From assembly GCA_023920165.1 (NCBI GenBank), contig CP089275.1, positions 1,116,001 to 1,180,000 of the forward strand: a stretch of 64,000 nt of DNA. Direction: 5' to 3'. Made by a program: the position numbers and the translations under genes. Origin of the DNA: Curvularia clavata. Taxonomy: Eukaryota. Positions 24,706 through 36,425 of this stretch are shown one piece after another. The notes under the pieces were generated by a model. It worked only from the letters and a program-made list of their open reading frames with translations, was not told where the DNA came from and did no database searches. Within the stretch, counting starts at the first letter, position 1, and each line of letters starts with the position of its first letter.

Positions 24706-24722
24706 GATCCACGATGGGTTAA

Positions 24723-25140
24723 TGTCAGGAACAGCCTCCCGCTGTCCCTGTCAGGGGCTGTCAGCCCATATTAGTCAGCCTCACGTATATAAACCCCCAG
24801 ATCGGTAGAGTAGCTCTCTAGCGATCTGTCTCGTATCAATACAGACTATTTGCACACCCACCCTACTACTATTGCCTATTGTGTATCCAAACCGTACAGG
24901 TACTCTAACATTCAGATCGCTATCAACTCCAGCGAGGGGACATTCGAGGTTCCGGGAAAGGCCAAGAGAGTCAAAAGGGGCCCAACCTGGAGCAGACGAC
25001 GTCAGCAAGACGCGTAATGAGGACAAATGTCCTAGAGTGACTTGCTATAAATGCGGCAACCTGGCTACCTTAGCATATATTATACTAGGCTGAAATAAAG
25101 TACCCCTAAGCCTGACGAGGCGAAGGCGGGGAAAGATAGG
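24723..25140 (+). mobile_element. Truncated LTR retrotransposon relic (LTR 24723-24910 plus gag zinc-knuckle remnant)
   Basis: TGTCAG...CTAACA segment followed by VTCYKCGNL, a degenerate CX2CX4HX4C. Confidence 0.55.
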
Positions 25141-25174
25141 TGTCAAAGTATAGGGTAGCTACTTATTCTACTAG

Positions 25175-25428
25175 TGTAAGGGTGTAGTTGGTCGAGGCTA
25201 CGGTTTCTACTCAGTGAGCGGTAGAGTCGGTGTAGGAGTGAGTGGACAGGCAACTGAGGAGAGGAACAGGAGAGGAACAGGAGAGAAAGATTGGGGTTTT
25301 GAGTACTATTGTCTGTGGAGTGTCGGTCCCTCTCTAACTACTGAAAGGGGTGGGCTTATAACTACCAGCCCACGTGACTACAGATTACATAACCAATGTA
25401 GTGTAATGGTGCATTACGCACCGTTACA
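25175..25428. mobile_element. Solo LTR (254 bp)
   Basis: TGTAA...TTACA termini, flanked by CTAG on both sides. Confidence 0.75.
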
Positions 25429-25439
25429 CTAGTTACTTA

Positions 25440-25670
25440 AGTTTTAAGAGCTTTATAAAAAGAACAATATTTACAAGCTTTATACACCACCTTACTTATC
25501 TTATCTACTTCAGCCTCTCGATGTTGGCTACTTCTCGCTATTAAAGCGCGCATGTAGCTATAAGGTAGAGAGTTTAATATACTACCACATTAACTATATA
25601 TGTTAGTAAGCTTAAGTTTCTACCAGCATTCAAAATAGCCTCTAATCAATTAATTATATCAGCTAATATC
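25440..25670 (+). mobile_element. RIP-degraded pogo-type transposase fragment
   Basis: Reads PPYLSYLLQPLDVGYFSLLKRA, a degenerate PPHSSHLLQPLDVGCFSPLKRA. Confidence 0.7.
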
Positions 25671-25733
25671 TGTTGCAGACAAGCTACTCAGCTACTCTAC
25701 GACAGAATCCGGGTGCTTGGACACACACCTGGA

Positions 25734-26218
25734 TGTCACAAGTAACAGCCAAAAGGATTTTACCCCTTGAGCTAACGACGAGTGGAGGGATAACCACTCG
25801 GGGCGCCAGCGCACGAATGATCACTGCGGGGCGGAGATTACGTGACTTGGCATCTCGCCAAGATCCAATATCTCTAGATGCCAGATATCTCGAGATGCCG
25901 GATATCTCTAGATACTAGGCGGAGAAGAGATACTACAATAGATGGTAATAGGTATAAGAATAATATACATAGATTTCATTATTATACTCGTTATAGTTAA
26001 CTCAAACTATACTCTTTTATAAGTTACTTTACTTAATAAGAGTAATACTTTGTTATTCTATTCTAGTATAGAATGGATTATCTTTCTACTTTTAACCAAA
26101 ACCTCTATAACTCTTTTCCACCAGAATTACTCGGCAATCGCATGGCTTACTGCCATCTAGCTAACTCGCCCTAACCCGGATCGAGCCTTAGAGAAGTATA
26201 AGCTAACCCCGTGTAACA
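25734..26218. mobile_element. Solo LTR (485 bp), related to 22207-22694, nested in an older LTR-like repeat (about 25671-26540)
   Basis: TGTCACA...TGTAACA termini, perfect TSD CTGGA. Shares GTAACA..AAGGATT and CTCGCCCTAACCCGGA...CCCCGTGTAACA with the 22.2 kb LTR. Confidence 0.9.
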
Positions 26219-26540
26219 CTGGATTCTACAATCAACTAAATCTATAGTCCATCTATCAAGACTATAATCGATCTATAGACATCTTTCTATGACGCCAAAG
26301 ATTACGCAAGCTACTACTAAATAGATTCTTCTAGAATCTACTCCAGCTAATATATATAGTAGTAGAATAGCTAGTAGATAGAAACTAGAGCGGTACACTA
26401 CAATCAAAACAGACTGTCTAACTTGACTACTCTGACTACTTTGTCCCTCTCCCCTAACATATACTACTTACTTAAGTCTTTGGTCAAGCTACCTCTGAGT
26501 CTGCTACTAGTAGAACAAGTAGCTACCCTATACTTTGACA

Positions 26541-26985
26541 CTAGTGGAGCTTTAAGTATGGTATTCAACTGGCCGTCTGACACGACTGTTAGACGTCTAG
26601 AACCAGTACTTCTAGTAATGTCTTGCTTATAAGCTCGAAGTTTAGACTAGGAGTTAGCAAGGGCGCCATATTTGTCGCGGTCTCGAAGATATTTTTGGCC
26701 AGTCTTCTCGCTGATATTGAACTGTTGGTAGATACAGCTTAGGGGTGCTGCGCCGCGACGATCTATAGCTTTAAAAAACCGCGCCCGCTTTAGTGTATTA
26801 AGATGCGGCTTCACAGAACGATAGCTACGAGTCTTTAGAGTTATTAAATTAAAAAACTATTAAAAAATATTATATATTAATAGAGTTGTGGTAGTGTAAA
26901 GCTAGAGAAGAGAGTACGCTAGCTTAGTAGTGGTTGGGGCCCGTGCTCCGAACCGGTCATTTTTTTGTTATGGGATTGTTAGTCT
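26541..26985 (-). mobile_element. Possible 5' fragment of a RIP-degraded Tc1/mariner element
   Basis: Minus strand reads LNTLKRARFFKAID...LRDRDKYGA, resembling fungal Tc1-like transposase N-termini; TA-rich. Confidence 0.45.
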
Positions 26986-26989
26986 AAAA

Positions 26990-28790
26990 GTGCTGACTAA
27001 TTTCTATACAAAACACTAACTTTTATATTTTTAGCTATTCCATTAGCTGAGTTATAGTAATTCTAAAACTACTACTTTTTCGAGTTCTTTTTTTTATATC
27101 TACCCACTGTATAATTGATGATCGCTATAGGTATACCTAAAGGCCTATCACGCATCCACTCTTTTATATACTCAGCTTCAACAGCGATCTCATTTACGCT
27201 ATTATTGTACGAATCCTCATCGCTGCCCTAGAGAAGCTTTTAGCCAATAAGATTGAGCGTGTGGGGACCGCAGCGGAGACGACAATGGAGAGCGTTAAAG
27301 CCTATTGTCCGAGCTATTACGTCGACTGCTATATTGTTATTACTCGCGTTATCGAGTACAAAGTAGCCTATATTGCCAGAGTCGATCCCAAACTGCTTCA
27401 GCGTCTCTATAACTACTTAAGCAACTCTCTCGCCAGTATGGGCGCCTGTCAGCTGCGGCAGCGCGATGGGTAGGTCTATGATACTGCTCTGGCCGTCAAC
27501 GTAGTGCGCAACGACACCCAAGTAGCCTTGCTTGCCGCTCGTGGTTGTCCAGCCATCAAAACTGATATAGATCTTGCTTATGCCCGCGATAGCGCGCTGA
27601 CGACGTGAGGCCGGAGGTAGTCGAACAAACGCATAATATAACGTGAGACACTATTACAAGACGCCCAAAGCGCTACCTCCACTTGTGGATTAGCTAATAC
27701 GACGAGTGCCCGAAAAGCTAGCGACTCGAGCGTAGATAGAGGCTGATTAGTCTTAACAATCCACACAACAGCCGCAAGCCTAAAACGCTAGATATTAAAG
27801 CCAGAGAGCTCATTCGCGGCCCTTTCGCTAACCTGATCGCCAGTAAGCAGAGCCTAGATAGTATTCAAGCTTTTGTCAGGTTAGTTACAGTGGTGGCCGC
27901 GCTAGTTCTTCTTAAGGTGTCGCTGAGCTGCTGTTGTTGATCTCGTTGTTTCGTAAACTTAACTAACACCTACGTAAATATACTTATACTCATAGCAATA
28001 GCAGCATGTAAAGAAGAGGCGGGAAGAATCCGTGCGTAGCGCAACACGGTAGCCATATAGATATACCCAGCTCTTCCACCTAATCTAAGTCGCTATAGGC
28101 TTTATATACTCAAGAAAATCGTCCCAGTCGAGGCCGTCAAAGCTGTCCTCCATATGCTCGTCGAATCCCACATCCGCGGGCTCGTCCGCAGTTGCTATCG
28201 ACGCTGCGGTCGCCTGCTCGCTACTCTCGGCGGACTGTCGGTAGATATAGGCTGGCTAGGAGTACTGCGAGGCATGCCTCGGGGTCGCTTCGATGGAGTG
28301 CTAACAGCGGCTTGGATGCGTCTTTTTGGCGGCATAATTGCGACTAAGCGAGAGCTAGAGTTGCTAGAAGATAGATACAATGGACCGGCGCGTAGATTGA
28401 CGCGCGGATTGACATGGAGTATTGGGGATAGAGATGAGATTTAGAAGTTGTTTTTGTTTGATAGGAATAGTAATATAGTACTACTAGTTATATCGCTCTC
28501 CCCAAAACTATACCTATCTAGTCTACGTAATCGCACTTTTCTTTCTTAATCTATTCGAATTGCGCTCATATTGTCTAGAAATTGCTTTCTTTTTAGTATA
28601 TTTCTAACTATTTCAAGTTCTTCTATCATCTACCTGACAGCCTCACCCATGTTTTGCGCACGGACTATCAAGCTGATCAAGCCAGAGCCTCTGGCTTGAC
28701 TTGACCTGGTCGGATTCTTAAAAACTCCGGCTTGACTTGACTCCACCTAATATATGGGCCGGCTTGACTTGACAGCTTGATATCAGCTTG
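26990..28790 (-). mobile_element. Degenerate hAT-like DNA transposon (5' part)
   Basis: MPPKRRIQAAVSTPSKRPRG, WVYLYGYRV, WIVKTNQPLSTLESLAFRAL and FDGWTT, with many stops. The terminal region 28670-28790 has multiple CTTGA/TCAAG subterminal repeats. Confidence 0.7.
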
Positions 28791-28854
28791 CTTGTTGCCA
28801 AGTATGTATGCGGAAGATGCAATTATAAAGAAGTACGCTAGAATTATATAGAAA

Positions 28855-29784
28855 CTAAAACATAAATCGCTGAAGCTCAACATCTGTCCAACGACCAACC
28901 TTCTCCGCCAACCACATGTCCTTTGCTTGTTCAGTCGCTTTACCTGCAACACCAACAGGCTCGTAGTACTCGCCGCTCTTCACCTCCGATGACACTGACG
29001 CCCACAGCTGATTCCATGCGCCTTTCTCCACCGTCATCATAAGCGGCTTACCGACCTTCAACAGCACGCGAACAGGCAGCGACGCACCATCGGCGCCTGC
29101 TTGCAAGCCCGTGTTCACGACACCCGGGTGTATAGACGCCCACTTGATGTCCCGGTGCATTTGCGCCATGTGGCGCGTCCAGAGAATGCTGGCAGTTTTA
29201 CTCTGGCCATAGCGCTCCATGCCGCCCATCTGCTCCGCAGGCGTCTTGAGGGATTCAAAGACGACGCCTGCCTTAGGAGCACCGGAATGAGCGCCAGAAG
29301 ATACAACGACAACACGGACGTCGGCAAAAGGGTCACTGGCTGCAGTACTTTTCAAAATTGGAAGGAGCAGCTTCGCGAATAGAGCGTGGCCGAGATGGTT
29401 TGTACCGAACTGGACTTCGTAGCCGTCTTTTGTGACAGCAGGTGGGCATGCCATTATCCCAGCGTTGAGCATCAGGATGTCGAGACGTCGCGCCTCAGAT
29501 AAGAATCGACGTGCTGCTTGTTGGACAGAGTCTAGGGAGTTGAGGTCTAGTTGAAGGGGCTTGATGACGGGCAGAATGCTTCCGCCCACTTGGGCGTGGA
29601 TTTCTCGGATCGCTTCATTTGCTTTGTCGAGGTTTCGGGACGCCATCCATATTTCGGCAGGACCGTGGCGTGCATATTCGAGGATGGCTTGTTTGCCTAG
29701 ACCGTTGTTGCCTCCGGTCACGATGATCACTTTGCCTTGGAGGTGAGGAATTTCCGTTGCGGGTGAAAATGATCTAGAACACAT
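28855..29784 (-). CDS. Short-chain dehydrogenase/reductase (retinol dehydrogenase/WWOX-like)
   Basis: TGGNNGLG, LDILMLNAGIM, QFGTNHLGH and catalytic YGQSK; intact 309-aa ORF. Confidence 0.92.
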   Translation of the reverse strand: MCSRSFSPATEIPHLQGKVIIVTGGNNGLGKQAILEYARHGPAEIWMASRNLDKANEAIREIHAQVGGSILPVIKPLQLDLNSLDSVQQAARRFLSEARRLDILMLNAGIMACPPAVTKDGYEVQFGTNHLGHALFAKLLLPILKSTAASDPFADVRVVVVSSGAHSGAPKAGVVFESLKTPAEQMGGMERYGQSKTASILWTRHMAQMHRDIKWASIHPGVVNTGLQAGADGASLPVRVLLKVGKPLMMTVEKGAWNQLWASVSSEVKSGEYYEPVGVAGKATEQAKDMWLAEKVGRWTDVELQRFMF

Positions 29785-30802
29785 CGTGGTCGAGTTGTGG
29801 AATATGCGGATTGTAACTTTGGTATGATTGAGAGGCAGATTAGACTTTAGGGGAGGAGATATAGAGCAACGAAGAAGATAGACGTCGATATTATACTCTC
29901 AACGGGCATACAGCTTTCTATTTAAACAGCTCGGCTGACTGTATCTTTTATACGTTCCACAACCTTTGACCCTTGATAGACTGTGGTGTCTGTTACTATA
30001 ATCGGCAGCTGAACATGGTTGGTCCTCGGACATTACTTAACTCCACTAGTAAGATTGCACTTTCGTTGGCTCAGCCCTTATAGAGAACCACAATGTTATC
30101 CCAAACCGGACAAGCGCGATCCCATCAGGAGCTGCGCCTGTGCTAGCGTGGAGGGCCTGAAGTCACACTTACTTCGAAGACAAACCACGGACCGCATGTG
30201 AATGGGGCCAATCTTACAGTGTATCAGGGCTAATCGAAAACGCACAATTTTTATCTCCTTTTAGCAGCGGGTGACAAAGCGCAGACCGCTGCCCTGATTC
30301 GGCCTTTCGAGGAGATTTGTAGCGAGCGCCCATAGAGAAGTCTCACCTCTCATACGGGCCTGATATCCCACTAATTCATCTCGTTCAGAAGTTGGTCACC
30401 TAAGACATGCAATGAGATCTTTTCTGACTCGAACGGGCTGAACTCAGCATACAAGACTTTTCAAGCATTAATCAGCTTCTACAAGATGATGCCTTCTTGC
30501 TTCCGCAGGTCGCATTTCTCATCCAGCTGTTGTTCGTGTTGTAGAGTTCCCTATCAACATTGAGGTGGTAATCGGCGTTGAGCTGGGTAGGGCCTAGTTT
30601 GGAGAACTAGGCATGTGGGGCGGGTACGTACCTTTATAGTACAACATTCTATATATAGAGTAAGTAGTTAACGTTATCTTTCCATAACTTATCAAGAATA
30701 CTCGTTTTTTTAGTCGACAACTATACTTTAGTAATTAGATAAGTAGAAATAGTAGCATATAATCGGTTCTTACACTCTATTATAACTCCAATTCTTTCTT
30801 AG

Positions 30803-31059
30803 TGTGACGGGCTAGTGCCCTTTGGTATTACTCCTCGATGGGATCTCAGATCGTCTCATAGACTCCGGGTGCTCTGCAGCACCCGGATTCTGCTCACACT
30901 ATCCGAACGACGCTTAGACGCCGGTCCTGATCGGCCCGATCGTTGCTCAGGCAACTAGTATTGTATATAGATAGCTATGTAGCTTGGGAGCTTAGCTCCC
31001 TATCGAATACAATCCCTTGTATATCAAAGCGATTGCTCCACGGAGCGCAGCCCCTTACA
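30803..31059. mobile_element. Solo LTR (257 bp)
   Basis: TGTGA...TTACA termini, perfect TSD CTTAG. Confidence 0.85.
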
Positions 31060-31071
31060 CTTAGAACTTAT

Positions 31072-31269
31072 TGTTATGGGCGGAGAGGCATGACTAACGA
31101 GTAATGCATTCACCTATCGTACAGAAGAAAGATAAGAAAGGTAAGAGAAACTACGTATAAGACCTTCTTATGCTCCTCTTTACTTCGTCACTTGTCCGTA
31201 CGGAGGAAGGATCACGAGGTTTCCGGTCATGTGACCCTCTAGTAGGCTACTTAGGCGCAGCCCTTTACA
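31072..31269. mobile_element. Probable solo LTR (198 bp)
   Basis: TGTTA...TTACA termini, near-TSD CTTAT/CTGAT; shares the terminal GCGCAGCCC(C/T)TTACA with the neighbouring LTR. Confidence 0.65.
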
Positions 31270-31319
31270 CTGATCACTATATTTCTTTAAGTCTTTTACT
31301 TTAGCTTTAATCACCCCAC

Positions 31320-31829
31320 TGTGAGGGCGACTTCACGCAAGGCAAGAGACCGAACAGAGGAAGAAGAAAGAAGTAATGATCTATTGAGGTACAAAATAGC
31401 AGACACTGAGCTAGCTACAGGTGAGCACCAGATAATATACCTGGGAGCTAGAGCTAACTACAGCGTAAGGATAGCCAAGCTTAGCTAACAGCAGAAGCAG
31501 CTTGGCTGACAGCAACAGCTTGCTGAGCAGGCTGGTGCAGGCAGAGGCTGGAGCAGCAATCAGATTGCTGCTCAGCCGGATACACAAGCCTGCAGCTGGC
31601 AAGCAAATGGCGAAGTAACAACAAAGAAAAGCAGCTTGCTCAGGCAAGCTGGCGCAGGAGAGCTTGGGCAGCAATTGGATTGCTGCTCGATCGGCTAGAC
31701 AAGCCTACAGCCAGGCCGGCAGCAAGCTGGAAGAAAGCAAAGAGCAAAGAGCAAAGACCAACCGTAAGGAAGCAAGCCTACAGCTAGCGCCAGAGATATC
31801 CGAAGGCTGCCTAGGCTTGGGTCCCTACA
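31320..31829. mobile_element. Solo LTR (510 bp)
   Basis: TGTGA...CTACA termini, perfect TSD CCCAC. Confidence 0.85.
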
Positions 31830-32386
31830 CCCACTAATGCATAGCTATTAAGTAGGTCCTATTAAGCACGGCGTAGTAGACTGTAATAGGAGATTACTCG
31901 AAACAGATGACTAAGTTGTTCCTACACTAGATCTCTCACTTATCCGGCTCGCACTAGAACGAAGTGTCTGCTAAATATAACTAACTCTCAAACCGCCAAA
32001 TATTTGTAGTCGATAGAATAAAGTAACTATACGTACAGTTAAAGTCTCCGTTAACAATAATCTATAGCCAGCTATTCGCGAGCACGTAGAAACCTATAGG
32101 ATTATCGTATATAGCTATCGAGAATTGCATTAACTATCACTTGCTTAAGCAGTATACTTAGCGAAATAAGTTCTAGATGCGGGTCTGGAGGAGGACTCAA
32201 CGCTGGCCTTATATTATATCTATAGCTAACTAGAATAATCACAGGGGCTCTAGCTATCGTAAAAGGGATCAAGCCCAACGATAAAGACGGCGATAGTATA
32301 AGTGTCCAACACGGTCGAGATTAGTACGGTTCCGCATACTCCAAATCCCAGCGTAGCTCTCCAGGCATATGCTTGCGTATGTGTTC

Positions 32387-32878
32387 TTAAGTCTCGTTGC
32401 TAAGCAAGATCGCGAATTTAGGAGCCCAATGAGTGTCGGTGAGAGAGAAAGTGGGCTTGATGTGGTTATCTTGAAGAAAAGACTTCAGCATCTTCTTGCG
32501 CCTGCGTTCCACTAACAACGATAGTGGTTTCTGACCGTCCTTGTCAGCGGTATTTGGGTCGGCGCCTCTGTCAAGCAAGAGCTTTACTACTTCCTCGCTC
32601 CCTCGCTAAGCTGCCCATATCAGAGGCGTCCAACCGCGTTTATCCGCGATGTTTGGATCAGCGTCTTTATTAAGCAAAAGATTAGTCTCGCGCCAATGTC
32701 CATTCATAGCTGCCCACAATAGATGTGTCCGACCATTGTTATCCTTTGCGTTAAGATCCAAATCGCCTTTCTCAAGCAAAAGCTTCGCAGCCGCCTCGTC
32801 ACCCTTTTCCGCTGCCCACGATAGCGGTGTCCGACCATCTTTGTCTGCGGTACTTGGATCGGCACCTGTCATGTTCAC
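32387..32878 (-). pseudogene. Ankyrin-repeat gene fragment (probable NLR C-terminus)
   Basis: DKDGRTPLSWAAEKG-type repeats, in-frame TAG at 32606-32608, no upstream NTPase found. Confidence 0.8.
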
Positions 32879-33179
32879 GATGTGCTTAGTGGAAACTGTA
32901 GTGTTGTCGCTTTTTTAAAAGATGAAAATTTGGAAATCTTTCACAAAACGGGTGTTCAATACTCAGAATTCGACAACAGCGCTATGTTAGGTTAACGAGA
33001 AACTATGAATATGCCTTGCAGCCTTGCGTTAGTCGTGGATTTCGTTCTAGACGCCCGACCCCTCTTTTAAAAACAATCTCAGCTGACTTCTGCAGCTTAC
33101 CGGCTTCTACGCGCGCCACTTCGTGTATTTCTTGACATGTGCATTTCATCGATGGAGATGAGGTGTTCAGCTGGAATAT

Positions 33180-33295
33180 TATGTAGTTTGCAGGACTCAG
33201 CCCAGCTGGCGTCGGTGCTAGGACACAACACTATCAAGATCTAGGATGTGATGAGTTGCATGTATCTGCAGACCCCTGAGAGCCACAGAGCCATT
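33180..33295 (+). pseudogene. Single degenerate HET-E-like WD40 repeat
   Basis: QLASVLGHNTIKI*DVMSCMYLQTPESH resembles QLASASxDxTIKIWDxxSGxCLQTLEGH. Confidence 0.55.
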
Positions 33296-33380
33296 AGGTT
33301 AACTCAATCGCTGAATATGGCTCCAACAGAACTCGGATCAAAGTGGATAAGTGGCCAAAGCTTGCAACGGTTCACTAGTT

Positions 33381-33810
33381 GCAACACCCCACCAAAATTA
33401 AGGCTACAGAGCCTCATCAAAAAGATAAGATCGGGCAATTTTTTTAAGCAGAGCAGTATCATAAGAGTTTTTTACATTGTTACGCACTCAAATTCCTTAG
33501 GTAGTTATATATTGCGGCCGTGCATGGTGGTTTTGGTGGTGGGCTGGGCGGCCGGCGGTGTAGTTGTACCATTACTTTGGCGGCCCGCAATACCACCATG
33601 CTTTGATGTTCTTAACTTATTAGAAACAGGGACTTTCCGCGTAACTGTATTTCACGGATCGCCGGATTCTTTTTTCATAGTTATAGTAGCGCGTTGTTGT
33701 TCTGTTTTTGGCGCGCGCGGCAGCTAGTTCAGCAGCCCTTGCTTCATTCACCTTCTGCCACGCCATTCTGGCCAATTTACGCACTTCTCTAGCCTCTTTC
33801 ACCAGCTTCT
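33381..33810 (-). mobile_element. 3' fragment of a pogo element related to 7268-9407
   Basis: ARAAELAAARAK matches AKAAQLAAARAQK; partial TIR CACCCCACCAAAA near 33385. Confidence 0.75.
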
Positions 33811-34345
33811 TGGAAAAAAACAGCCGTGTAGATTTTCTTCACGTTAGCCACACTAGTAAGCAAATTGCACTAGCACATGTCAATTCACACACGATCTGTG
33901 CCGCGTCGACGAGGTATCCCGAGACCGGTCTTGTTTATCAAGAACCAGGGTAGCACTGTCAAGGCGCGTCAAGCCATGAAACTGAAAAGGAATACGATAC
34001 GGCTGATCGCGGCCACGAGTCGTTGATATGCCTGTGGGCGGTTTCTCACTTTAACATCCTAATCAGGAAGCCCCACTTCTTGCTCCTGCCACCTCCATGG
34101 CGCTAATGCGATACTAGTGCTACGCTAGAGGTCCTGGCAGTAGCTTCCTCGGATGGATGCCGCCAACCTGTGTTCTGCACTTGAACTATGCAATCTTTTC
34201 TGTTTACAACCGATAGCAGAATAGGCCCTGGAATCGTGCGCCGTTTAAGACTGATGGCCCTCGGCCGCTGTTGTGGTGCCGTCACCGCACCTTGTTCAAG
34301 TTTGACCGCCATCTTTGCTGCAGCTGAGCCATTTCCACTCTAGAC

Positions 34346-35882
34346 ATGACTTCTCGCGACGGCTACACATGGACTCCTGCATCCGGGCTCACAGCAGGCC
34401 TGCCAACCCTTGGAGCTATCAACCCAACCACCAATGTCTCAACTTCTGAGGTCGTTTACGATGTTATCGTTGTCGGCGCTGGGTATTGCGGTCTCACAGC
34501 TGCGCGTAATGCCTCGGCTGAGGGCTTGAAGGTGCTCTTGCTCGAGGGTCGCGACCGCATTGGTGGTCGATCATGGTCGTCCAACATCGACGGCTACCCA
34601 TTCGAGATGGGCGGCACGTGGGTGCATTGGGGACAGTCCAACACATGGCGCGAGATGTTGAGATACCAAATGATGAACGATGTTGAGAGGTCCTTTGACT
34701 TCTCGCATGGCGTGAATCACTACGAACTGAACATTGGACAGCAGGGATACACAATGACCCACGACAAGGAGGATGAGCTCCTTATTTCGGCCCTGAATAA
34801 GTTCACAAACATCGACGGAGCTTACGGAAGGAACATTATTCCTCTTCCGTACGACACGTTCCACATCCCGGCTGCAAAGGACCTCGACAAGCTGTCCGCT
34901 CAAGATCGTATCAACAAGATTGAATCAGAGCTCTCCCCACAAGAGCGCGCAGCACTCGAGTCGTTTGTTCTACTCTGCAGTGGTGCCACACTTACTACCA
35001 TGAGCTTCCACGAGTTCATGCACTGGCAAGTCTTTCAGTATAATCAAGTGTTTGCATGCACTGACGACTTCCAGGTGGGCCATGTGTGGCTATACCTACG
35101 CGGGCTGCATAGACATGCTCATCAGCTGGAAGTTCAAGAACGGCCAGTCGAGTTTCGCCATCAGGTTCTTCCAGGAAGCGCTTGCAACAAAACGCCTAGC
35201 ATACGCTTTCAACAGCCCCGTCAAACACGTCAAAGACACAGGCCGCACAGTCGAAGTGACAACACTTGATGGACGCCGCTACTCCGCTGCACGGCTCATC
35301 TCAGCTATGCCACTGAACGTCTTGGGAGAGGTCACATTCGATCCACCACTCAGTGCTGGCAAGAAGGCAGCGATTGCGACAGGTCACGTCAATCAATGTG
35401 TCAAGGTGCATGCCGAAATTTCGAACAAAGACCTTCGGTCGTGGACAGGCGTCACGTACCCACACAACGAACTCATGTACGCGATTGGTGACGGCACGAC
35501 ACCCGCAGGTAATACGCATGTCGTCTGCTTCGGCGGTAGCAATAAGCACATTGATCCCGAAGTCAACATCGATGCCACTAAGCGTGCTGTAACCAACATG
35601 TTCGCGCAACAAAAGACGGAGCCCCACATAAAGAGGCTGGTGTTCCACAACTGGTCAAAGGACGAGTTCGCAAAGGGCGCTTGGTTTTTCCCGCCACCTG
35701 GCCTGATCGCCAATCATCTCGACGATATGAGGCAGAGGCACGGAAATGTGCTGTTTGCAAACTCAGACTGGGCGTTAGGCTGGAGAAGCTTTATAGATGG
35801 AGCGATTGAGGAGGGGACACGAGCAGCTTTCGAGGTCAGGAAGGAGCTGGCCGAGCTCCAGCCTGTAAAGCCTACGTTGTAA
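34346..35882 (+). CDS. maoN: Flavin monoamine oxidase, MAO-N-like (495 aa)
   Basis: MTSRDGYTWTP, DVIVVGAGYCGLTA, EGRDRIGGRSWSSNIDGYPFEMGGTWVHW and WALGWRSFIDGAIEEG. A GC-AG intron at 35026-35074 restores HWWAM. Confidence 0.9.
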
Positions 35883-36425
35883 ACTATGTAGAATCAATAG
35901 CCCGTCCTCGAGACATAAACTCAAAACTGTCGGCATGTGTCCAAACAGTGTCACTTCTCAACCATCGTGTCAGAACGCGGGCTCAATCCGCTCCAATAGA
36001 AGTCGTGGCTGGGATTGAGTTGTGGCATTGATGCCGAAGGCCAGACCGCATTCCATACTATCGGCGCCGAAGGTATTCTTGCCGCGTATGCACTAAGTGC
36101 CTGACAGCATGTGATCAGCCCTAGTAGCACCAGCCCCGCGTTCGAGTAGCGTCCCACAGCCGTGGGCAGTGCGGGCTTGCCCGTTTAGGGCAATAAAGGG
36201 AGAACCCTAATGACGGCCATCTATCTTGTGGCTCGCGGTCCAGATAGATTGATAGGGGTGTCGATAGCAACGATACGCGATAGGCGATGCTTCGTCCCCG
36301 ATACATATCCTATCTCTTGAAAAGAAAAGGACTATGATAAGGCAAGCGCCCAGTCAGTACTTAATCCTTTCGCCACAAGTCTCTTTCATAGCAGAGCAGC
36401 TAACTATCATATTCGCCCCACCGAC

